Positions 1-10,074 of a stretch of 64,000 nucleotides of DNA are shown here, piece after piece. Under the pieces are notes generated by a model, which did not search any database, was not told the DNA's origin, and worked only from the letters and a program-made list of their open reading frames with translations. Location: NCBI GenBank assembly GCA_030295235.1, contig AP026123.1, positions 2,108,001 to 2,172,000 on the forward strand, given 5' to 3'. Numbering within the stretch: the stretch's first letter is position 1; every line of letters starts with the position of its first letter. The DNA comes from Fistulifera solaris (taxonomy: Eukaryota). The position numbers and the translations under genes are program-made.

Positions 1-1125
1 ACAGATCTGTCAATGACATCGGCTCTGCGTCTTTCTCGTCGTCAGTTGCCATTTCGATACTGTTTGCGATAATGCCGACGGCTCGAGGATTCTTTGCCTG
101 CACCTCTTCTAGCTTCTTCTCGTAATCTTCCTTCTGCTGTTCAAGCAGTTGTTTTGATTCAGTTTCCAATTCAACGCGTAAGCGACTAAGTTCCTCTTCG
201 TTTGCCTCCATGGCACGTGCAGCTGCTTCTTTCATGTCTTCATTCTGACGGACCACGTCATTGTATCGCTGTTGCCACCTTTCTAAATGATCCTTTTGCA
301 ATTGAACGAGTCTCTTTTCCTCTCTCAACTGATCTTCACTTGTCTCTTGGACGGCAACAAGCTCTTGCTTTACGGAAAGAAGGTCCCGAGATAGTTGGTC
401 AACCCTTTCTTGTAATTCGACCTCAGTCTGCTTTACAACTTGGAGAGTTGCTTCCACAGTCTTTTTTCTCTGTAGTGGTTTGGTCTAGTTGCATGTGGAG
501 GTCAAGCGTGCGGTCGCGCGATTCTTGCTGAAGGCGGTTATAGTCTTCGGCTTTTTGCTGAAGTTCTTTCTCTAACCATTTAGAGTGAGCTTGCAAACTA
601 TCGATTTCAATTCGAAGGCGTTGAGTTTCATGAAAGAGGGGGATAGCCTCAGAATCCTTCAGCTTGGTCTGAACCTCTAGTGTCGAAATAATCTTCGATT
701 TCTCAGCATTCTGATCAGATAAGCGACTTTGTGACAAGGAAAATGTTAGAAGACGGTTCATTATGGGCATACGGTATCCTAGAAGAACGTACCTCAACTC
801 TTCTCGTAGCGAATCGCTCTCGGCTTGAGATCTATCGACTCGTTCTTGAGCCAACTTGACGCTCTCTTCCAGAGTCAGAATTTTCGACTGTGTGGCCAAC
901 TTATTTGCTATTTCTTTCTCAAGCTCGATCTGTAATCGCTGGATCGTTCCACTGGCATCGTCAACTAGCTTTTCTTTAGCCTCCAACAGCTCGTGCTCCA
1001 GACGATCGCGTTCCTCTCGGACTGCAAAATATTGGCGCTCCAAGTCTTCCAGCACCGTTTGCGAAACCAAATCCTCACCACGGGGGGAACGGCGCATCTG
1101 CCGTACCGCCCAAATCCATGTCCAT
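1..1125 (-). CDS. TPR: Nucleoprotein TPR/Mlp1-like coiled-coil nuclear basket protein (N-terminal part; runs off the window)
   Basis: Long coiled-coil with Tpr-like motifs 'HSKWLEKEL' and 'MSLTDL' (frame continued by eye to base 1). GT-AG intron 727-792. Apparent homopolymer frameshifts near 465 and 1085. Start ATG about 1125 is approximate. Confidence 0.7.
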
Positions 1126-2109
1126 CTTTTACAACTTTCCCTGTCCTTGATAAAGCAACTTCACGAAGATGACTTATCAAGTGGATGGGATTGATTGTAT
1201 ACGTAGTACCCCTGTATCATTTATCTTCGGTCCGCTGCCCCCGAAGCCGAAGCCCGCGATGCGAGGCAGAGTGCGGCAAAGCGATATTTATTCTCGTACG
1301 ACGCACGTACAAACTAGGGGTGCTGGGTCGGTAAGTTCGCCTATAGTATTGTATAGGACTGGGAACCCACGAAGCAGCCTCCCCTGAGCTTTGGTGATTC
1401 TCTTCATCGAAACGTTTTAAAAGCACATAACGAGTCCGGTGATTGAAAAGAGACGTTTTAAAAGATACAAAGTATATTCGATAATGATTGATGAATGATG
1501 AATCATCGTCATCACCGCATCGAAACGCTGAATGTCCTTTGGTAATACCTGATAGGAACGCCTATCATTCAGCGTTTGTTGACTTTCCATTTGTTAGGAC
1601 CCAACACTTACTCAATACCTCGTAGTTATTGTCGATGATGGATGATGAGGGAGCGTGTCGGCTGGGATAATGGTGTATCGCCAACGATTACAAATTCTAA
1701 AGCATCGTGCTTAAAGAGAATATTTCTGTGGTCATACTGGACAGGAAGGGCTTTGAGCTTGAGGGAGGAGATAGGAACACGAAACACGAGAGACATTGAA
1801 CTTCTAGTTTTGATTGTCGGATTAGTCTAATGCCTAGCTAGCTAGCAAGGATTACCGTTGATGGTCCCTATTTAGCAATTCAACGGAAAACGTAGTAGCA
1901 ATGACTACAATATACAACTATAATTGAAATAAAAATGTACAACATTTGGACACAAGAAAACAACCTTGAAAGAAAGCAATGACGACAAGAAAACATGAAC
2001 ATGGAGCGATTGACATGAAAAAGGGCGACGGAAAAAACTAATTGTTCTTACCCCTGGCGTTCCATTTTGTATTCTTCTTGCTAATTGAAGTCTCCCAAGA
2101 ATTTCAAAG

Positions 2110-2934
2110 ATGTCCAACAATCAAGATAATGTTCTTGTGGCACGCAACAACACTTTAGTCGCCGAATCAGACCTTGATGCGGCTGCAAGTGCCATTAATC
2201 TCTGTTTCGAAAAAGAAATGTCAAAGCTGCAAGATGCACTCACGGATGACGAGGCGGCACGACACTATGTGCAGCTGCTTACAGCCTGCCGCGATAGTCT
2301 CCTTTCCCACATCGAACGCGTCGTTGAGCCTGTTTCTGAAGAAGCCTTTTTTCAGTTCGTCAACAATGAAGATCCATCAAAGTCAGAGGGCCTGCAACTG
2401 AAATCTAAAAAGCAGGATAAACAGTCTCTTACGACCAACAGCGACGCTCGTTACGAATTCGATGTAGAGGATTTGATAGATGAACAGGCATCACTGCGCG
2501 CGAGGGAGTTACGCAAAAGCGCACGTGACGAAGCTCGACAGCTCCAGGACCTCCGCATTGCTGTAATCGACCGTGCAACGTCCTTAGCGAAAAGACAAGT
2601 CGATGTGCTCACAAACCATCCAGAGAATAACAGCGCTCAGATCGAAAATGTTTCCAGTGCCCTTTTGCAAAAAGTTTCCAACGAAGCTGATGCGAAATTG
2701 AACGACATTCGCGAACAGGTCTCTGTGCTATGCTCGTCTTTGCAAAAGCATGCCCAAAATGGTGTCGCTAGCAGTGTTTCCTCCCTAGATGAAACGGTTT
2801 CAAATGTACGCCATGGGCTTGAAATGCAAATTAACTCGAAGACCAGCCAGGCAATTCTGGAGCGCAGCTCGACCAGCTCAAATGTGGAGCAGATAAACAC
2901 ATCTGATCGCTTCATTCAGTTTCTTGGTCAATAA
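2110..2934 (+). CDS. Coiled-coil protein, possibly Mis12-complex kinetochore subunit Nsl1/Mis14-like
   Basis: Clean 274-aa ORF. The segment 'YEFDVEDLIDEQASLRARELRKSARDEARQLQDLR' resembles the Nsl1 E-x-F-D...R pattern (by eye only). Confidence 0.55.
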   Translation: MSNNQDNVLVARNNTLVAESDLDAAASAINLCFEKEMSKLQDALTDDEAARHYVQLLTACRDSLLSHIERVVEPVSEEAFFQFVNNEDPSKSEGLQLKSKKQDKQSLTTNSDARYEFDVEDLIDEQASLRARELRKSARDEARQLQDLRIAVIDRATSLAKRQVDVLTNHPENNSAQIENVSSALLQKVSNEADAKLNDIREQVSVLCSSLQKHAQNGVASSVSSLDETVSNVRHGLEMQINSKTSQAILERSSTSSNVEQINTSDRFIQFLGQ

Positions 2935-4647
2935 AAAATGATACAGATATAAGTAACTCCCATTTTACGAACGCATGCTCTTCAGCTGTGTCACATTCGT
3001 CCATAAACTTTCTCGTGATCCTCTCGAAGAAGCACTTTGCTATTCAAATTGATTCTTTCACCTGTCACCGGCAACGGCAGTACAGGAATGCCGAATCCAC
3101 AGAAGTTCTTATTTAAAGCATGGGATTTAGCGAGGCTCTTGCAAGAGTCCAGGCAATTATTGCCGACGACAGTTCTCAGCAATCTCCAACAGAACCAAGC
3201 GAAGGCACAACCGGACATCAAACGGGATCCACGAATGATCCTAATGCTCCTTGGCAGCCTTGGGCCGATAAGGCTGGAACCCAGAGTGAGACAGGAAATG
3301 AACCTGTACTGCCTGACGAGGAACAGAGACTCAGGATGAGCCAGCTGATCAAACAGACGACGACGAACCCACGGACGCATACGATATACCAAGAAGTCAT
3401 GACGATCAAAAATTGATGACGGGCCTAACGATGATATTTGACCAAACGGACGATGAACCCAGCCACTCAGACGGCGACCAAACCGGCGACGATGAATGTT
3501 ACTGATGACGCAGCACTTGATAGCGCTTATGATCAAGGCTCGAGTACACCTCATCAATCCATCATGATGAGTTTACGAACCAAGCCTCTCTCCAGTTTTG
3601 GCTAACTAAAAGCAGGCTTGAAAGAGCTGCAAAAAGCTCAGCCACGTAGCTGAGCCCCTCGTGTGGTTGACACAATGATAGATGAAGAACAACTCCCAGC
3701 TGGAAAGCCGCTTTAACTGAAGAAGCTCAAAGATCTTTGCTTCGCCTTTCCCACGATAAAAGATGTTGGGTAAAACCGAGTGGACGATAGCGTTTCCATC
3801 CAATTCGATCGTAAAGCTGACTGAGCCTGCGTCAGCGGCCTATTTTCGATGCATGTCTTAGTCTTTGTAAGTGCCTTAAATCCAAACACACCTGAGGACG
3901 GTCCCTTTGCCGCGCTTTCGATCCAGATTCATGCGCCACACTTTTTGTCCGTTGGATGATGCATAAACTGGGACAAAACAAGTGTGTGGATCCGCGGATC
4001 AATCTCGAGGAGAAAGAATACTGTAGCAGTTTATCACAATGTCACAGCTGAGATCTAAATATTATTTTGGCGGGGGGCACTTCAACATTGTCACTTGGTC
4101 GTGCCACTAGAAATATATCTTTAGGTTTGTCAAGATCCCCGAATTTTGAATTAACATTTTTATTTATATCAGCAATTGCCGTTTTCAATTTGTCATTTAT
4201 TAATTAAGTCTTACTTAAGAAAATCAGATATAAAACTTAAAAGATTTAGTTCTCGATCCGATAACTTATTAAGTTGTTGGGAGAAACCCAAAGGCATAAT
4301 CTTTCTTCATTCTTTCATCTGTTTTGGATCACTGGAAGCAGGCATGAAGAGCTGCTGCAAAAAAGCAAATGCGCAACGTGCGACATCGTGACAAAGGCCA
4401 GTGTGGTAATAAAGTTCCTGTAATTTATAGCGAAATTAGCTAAAGAACAATTCCTTTCAACTGCTTGTAGAAGAACTCAATCATCTGGTAGCAGCTCCTA
4501 TCTTATCTTCCTGAGCTTTTGATCTCTCTGGTTTCATCCAATTCGTCCTTCGCGAATTCGCGAATTGTCTTGGTAATAAAGAGGAGAACATCTGATCAGG
4601 ATCGGAAGGTCAAGGCTGTGGACTATCCTATTGCTACAGCGAATACG

Positions 4648-4862
4648 CTCATGGTGGGATAATACATTAATTGTATTAATACCAAAATTGTATTACGGGC
4701 GGTTGACGGTCAGGCATGGTTTTGCAGGGCGGCAGAGCCTGTTGTTGTGCGACGGTCACAACATGCAACTCATGCGATCATCTCCATGATTAGTGGATGT
4801 AACATAATTCATCTATTGCATGCCTTATATCATTCTATTGCTAACGTAATAGGATTCATTGT
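4648..4862 (+). repeat. 5' LTR core (about 215 bp direct repeat)
   Basis: Near-identical to 9861-10074; I see one substitution and one 1-nt indel. Confidence 0.9.
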
Positions 4863-4869
4863 GTTTATC

Positions 4870-5234
4870 AGACCCAATACGAGATGCTACGTAGCTTCCG
4901 AAGTCAGTTGGAGGCGGTGAAGCAAAGACTTATTCTACAGCCGAATGGAAGAAAGTACCTGCTGAAGTTAAAGGTTCAAACTGGCAGCCAAGTGCTTTTC
5001 ATGCATTGACGGAAAGTCAGAAAGCAGATGCGGGCGCACGCGCGCAAAGAAGAAGAACAAGAAGAACCAGAAGAAAACGCCAAGGCAGCCGCAGCAGCGA
5101 AAGCAGCCGCAGCTAACGCCGATGATAGCAGCAGTGCCACTTCGGATGAAGAAGTTCCAATGAAGAATGCCGGGGAGCAGTTTGGTCGTGCAGCGCACAA
5201 GACAAAGAAGGGCAAGGGTATCCCCAGTCTCTGA
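4870..5234 (+). pseudogene. gag: Truncated copia gag, C-terminal remnant
   Basis: Low-complexity tail ending 'NAGEQFGRAAHKTKKGKGIPSL*', the kind of ending seen in diatom copia Gag. Only about 370 bp lie between the LTR and the gag stop. Confidence 0.6.
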
Positions 5235-8200
5235 CTAGGGTCGCTCCGACACATTCATTGTGTCGAACGGCACGTCTATAGGATGGATGTCCTGGACGAT
5301 GCTGGCTCTTTTGATCGCTGTGAGCTCAATAGCCATGCGGACACAGTTGTTGCTGGACGGAATATGGTGTTACTTGAAGCTAGTGGAGAAACGGTACAAG
5401 TCTCTCCGTACAGCCCCGAGTATCAACCATTGTCAGACATTCCGATTGCCACATGTGCCACTGCTTACGACAATCCTGAAACTGGCGAAGTTATTCTTTT
5501 GATTTTTGGACAGGCGTTGTATTTCGGGGGACCGTTTAGCTACTAGTCTGTTATCTCCGAACCAGATCCGTGACTCCAACCCAGTATGTTCCCGAATCAC
5601 GACACTCTATCATTTTGCCGTCCTCCTGAGCAACCAGAACTTGTTATTCCTCTTTCTATGGATGGTGTTATCTCAGGTTTCACTTCACGCCTACCAACTG
5701 ACTTCGAGCTACGTAGCATCTCGTATCTACGCCACGTCAGAGGACGAGTGGGATCCATCATCTTCACGTTTTCAAGAGCGCGAGCAGGCGGCTAAAGACG
5801 TGGATTTTCTTTACCCTATGTATCCTGTTCATCGCAAGATCTCGGCCCTAGCAATTGCTGAAAATCCGGCGTATGACTTTGACCCTTTGCATTCCGCCGG
5901 GGACATGGTTGACCGGGGACTTCAAGAACGGGGACTTCACTGTTAGCGGATTGGCAAAAGGTCTACTATTTTCAGATGTTTGCGGTTTTTGTCACGAACG
6001 GTATCAAGATTCCGGGGACTGGTCAGACACAAGACAGGTTGCGGCGTTTCGGAAGGAAGCACCAAAGCCAGCGCTGTCGCCAGAAGTGTTGGGGAAAACG
6101 GTGGGGAATTGGCAACGAAATCGCCTCTAATACCATCAGGACCACGACACAGAAAGGAATTCGGAAAGTGGTACATCCAGTTCAACGACGATTGAGATCG
6201 CAACCGTATCTCAGGCACCCAACGCTACGAGGACGATGGTATTCGGATACTGTTTTCTTCAAGGACAAAGGCTTGGGTGGAGAAACTTGTGCTCAGTTGA
6301 CTACCAACGGAAAAGGTTACGGTCGGTTTTGGCCGATGAAGTCGAAGCGTCTTGCAAGTCATGGATTGGTGAATCTGATCCAGGAAGACGGGATCCCAGA
6401 AAAGCTGATCACCGACAACTCCAAGGAACAGGGAGCTGCTGCAGCTGGGAATACCGAGTGGGAGAAGGTGGTGTCACGTTATCACATCAATCGTACCTTC
6501 ACGCAACCATTCTCCTGGTGGCAGAACCGAGCTGAGTCGGAAGTGCGAGAAATCAAGAGAGGCATTCGGAAGTGGACGACACAGAAACGTTCGCCACGGC
6601 GACTTTGGCCATACCTCGGTGATTTGGTCACGCGCATTCGAAGTTTCACAGCTTTGGGCATTCCATCATTGCAAGGACGGACACCTTTTGAGCACGTTAG
6701 AGGCTACACACCAGATATTAGTGTCTACGCTCAGCACGAGTGGTACGATTGGGTGTGGTATCTGGACGAAGACGGCGAGAATCATCTAGGTCGTTGGTTA
6801 GGACCAGCTGGAGAGTACGGATCCGGTGATTGTTACTGGATTCTCCCAAGGTCGTGTCAACCGATCGTGAGATCCACGGTGTGGGCGGTTGATGCCCAGG
6901 AATTCGGAACCGATGCAATGAAGGCTAGAGTCGACGAACTGACTGCTATCATTGAACGAAAAATCGGCGACGCCGCGGAACTTGACGAAGAGTTGCTACC
7001 CGACATTTCAATGCCTGTTGATTTATTTGACGCGGATGCGGATGAACAGCCAGAGCCAGAGGAACCTCGTCCGGATTTGGACGACTATACTCCGGAAGCG
7101 TCACGATCACTATATTAACTCAGAGATTCAACTACTAGTTGGTGGTGAGCTGAGGCATGGTGTCGTCAAGCGGAGGGTTAAAAATGATGATGGCATACCG
7201 ATAGGTTCAGCGAATGAGAATCCGATCCTAGACACGCGATACTACGAGGTTGAATTCCCGGATGGGACGGTCGACTCGTACAGTGCTAACATTATTGCTG
7301 AGAATCTTTATGCTCAGATCGATGATGAAGGTCGGATGTTTGCGGTATTATCGGAAATTGTCGATCATCGGAAGAATGGTCATGCAGTATCCAAGGAGAA
7401 CGGCTTTCTGCCTAACGGAACTGGCAGCAATCCTAGTCGGAAGATTACTACCAGGGGCTGGGAACTGTTATGCAATTGGAAAGATGGAAGCTCGGATTGG
7501 GTCCGTTTGTCGGATATCAAAGAGTCGCATCCAGTACAAGTTGCGCAATATGCAGTTGGAGCCAAGATCGACGACGAACCAGCGTTCGCCCTGGTGGGTT
7601 CCCTATGTGATTCGGAAAAAGGATCGGATCATTGCAAAGACCAAGAACAGATATTGGAAGAGAACTCACAAGTACGGGTTCGGTTGCCAAAGACTGTGGC
7701 GGAAGCCTTACAGATAGATCGCGATACCGGTACGGATTACTGGCGGAAAGCGATTGAGAAAGAGATGAAGAATGTTTCGATTGCCTTCGAGTTCAATGCC
7801 GAGGATTTGATTCCAGTGGGACACAAGGAGATCAAGTGTCACATGATATTTGACGTGAAGATCACCTTAGTTCGCTTTGTGGCGGATGGACACAAAGTCG
7901 AAGAACCGAAGGAGAATACGTTTTCATCTGTCGTGTCGAGAGATTCCGTAAGACTATTCTTTCTGCTTGCTGCTTTGAATAACTTGAAAGTGTTGTCAGC
8001 CGATATTCAGAACGCTTATCTAACGGCCGATCAAAGAGAAATACTGGTACAGAACAGGGTTGGAATTTGGTTCGAATCAGGGTCGCCCGGCTAAGATTGT
8101 TCGTGCTTTGTACGGACTTCCTTCGGCTGGCTTCCGATTCCGATCACACCCTCGCATCTAAGTTACGGGAACGCGTGTAAAGCTGATCCTGACATCTGGA

Positions 8201-9338
8201 TGAGGCCAGCTCTGAAGCCGGATGGCACCAAGTAATACGAATATTTGTTGGCGACGTGGATGATCTTGTAGGACAAAGTACCGATCCTGATAAGATGTTC
8301 GGCGAAATTGTACAGATCTTTCAGTTTAAAGACGGGAAAGCGGAAGAGCCGGAATTGTACCTCGGAGCCGACGTTAAAAAGTGGCATATTGATAATGCCG
8401 AAGACCCGACAAAGGACCGTTGGGCACTCGTCGGAAAAGTATACCAAAAAGGCTACCAGCGAGGTTGAAACTGAACTTCACAAGGTTCGGTTGGAACTAC
8501 CGAAGAAAGCGGCAACTCCATTTAGTGCAGGATACCGTCCGGAATTGGACGTTTCACCAGAATTGGACGATCGGCCGTCAGAATTATTTCCAGGGGTTGA
8601 TTGGCGTGTTACGATGGTTATGCGAGTTGGGACGCTTGGATATCATTGTACCGGTCTCGATGTTATCGAGGTACCTGGCGCAAGCCAGAGAAGGTCATCT
8701 TGATCAAGTGTTTCATATCTTTGCTTACTTGAAATCTCACGACCGTTCTACTTTGGTTTTTGATGATACCAGACCTTTCATTGATGACAGATGGTTCGTA
8801 AGAAGGGACTGGAGCGAGTTTTATCCGGATGCAGCTGAAGTGGATCCCACCAGACAAACCGGAGGAGAGTGGTGAGCCTGTGCTTATTTCATGTTTCTGC
8901 GATGCGGATCATGCCGGTTGTAGGGATACTCGACGTTCACATAGTGGCGTGCTTGTTTTTGTTAACAGGGCTCCTCCTATTCTTTGATTCTCGGGCGCCA
9001 GACAACTGTCGAGACTTCTACTTTCGGAAGCGAGATAGTAGCTTTGAAGATTGCCGTCGAGATGATTGAAGGTTTGCGTTATAAACTCCGGGATGATGGG
9101 AGTGCCAATTGATGGACCGACTTCTGTTTTCTGCGATAGTGATTCCGTGGTCAAGAATACGACACATCCTGAGAGTCCTTTGAAGCTAATGCGGTAGCGT
9201 ATCACAAAGTTCGTGAAGCGATTGCTGCTGGTATTATTCGATTGACGAAGGAATGGTGACACGAATTTGAGCGACATTCTCACCAAGTTGTTGGGAGGTC
9301 CGCGTCTTCGTGATCTCAGCTCTCGGGTGCTTTGGTGA
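5235..9338 (+). pseudogene. pol: Copia pol (protease, integrase, chromo-like segment, RT, RNase H), frameshifted
   Basis: PR 'CELNSHADT'; IN DDE 'WYSDTVF...ITDNSKEQ...WQNRAESEVRE'; RT 'SADIQNAYL' and a degenerate xVDD near 8255; RNase H 'FCDADHAG...FCDSDSV...NLSDILTK'; ends at TGA about 9338. Confidence 0.9.
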
Positions 9339-9860
9339 CGCTCTTGTGCTGATTGTTGCCGGTGGTATCGACAGTGAGAGAGTTTTATTTATATTTACAT
9401 GTAAGGGTTAAAACAACCCGCCCCCATTTGAAAACGAAGGGGCCTCTGCAAATCTGATCATGTGAGAACGAGTTCGCGACATGCTCACGGGGACACAGCG
9501 AATACGCTCACCCTAACAATGCGTTTCAACAGGAATTTTCCGAAATTTTGTCACTGCATCCGGTATCATCAACAGATACATCTGAGGCCCATTTTTGACT
9601 CTTCTCTTGTCAGAAACACTTACTCAACATAAGAAACCAACCATGGCACAACTTTATCAAAATTCATTCTTTCTTACCTCTTCAACATACCCAAATATTC
9701 ACCGTTTTATTGCGGATGTAACCGTGAAGTCGCTGGTTCAATTGGACCATTTCTTCACAAGATACAGGTGAAAAACCGGCTCACTGAACAATGGCTGTTG
9801 ACCAAACTTCAAATTCCTATAAGTCTATCAAATCAAGTCTTCTGAGAATATATCTTCTTC

Positions 9861-10074
9861 CTCATGGTGGGATAATACATTAATTATATTAATACCAAAA
9901 TTGTATTACGGCGGTTGACGGTCAGGCATGGTTTTGCAGGGCGGCAGAGCCTGTTGTTGTGCGACGGTCACAACATGCAACTCATGCGATCATCTCCATG
10001 ATTAGTGGATGTAACATAATTCATCTATTGCATGCCTTATATCATTCTATTGCTAACGTAATAGGATTCATTGT
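9861..10074 (+). repeat. 3' LTR core
   Basis: Direct repeat of 4648-4862. Confidence 0.9.

Larger units (their letters stand above)
4593..10074 (+). mobile_element. Degenerate Ty1/copia LTR retrotransposon (CoDi-like, diatom)
   Basis: Direct repeats 4648-4862 and 9861-10074 flank a gag tail plus PR-IN-RT-RNaseH in copia order. Many frameshifts and stops. No clear TSD or PBS. Confidence 0.92.

Noticed and set aside
1603..1615. 13-bp match AACACTTACTCAA shared with about 9615
   Set aside because: An isolated AT-rich match with no extension; likely chance.
2991..3600. Overlapping ORFs initially considered the displaced RIC1 C-terminus
   Set aside because: RIC1 has its own stop at 12255. These ORFs show no recognisable motif and lie in a poorly supported region.
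4859..4880. Possible primer-binding site (TGTTTATCAGAC) after the 5' LTR
   Set aside because: Only loosely similar to TGGTATCAGAGC; cannot be assigned to a tRNA.
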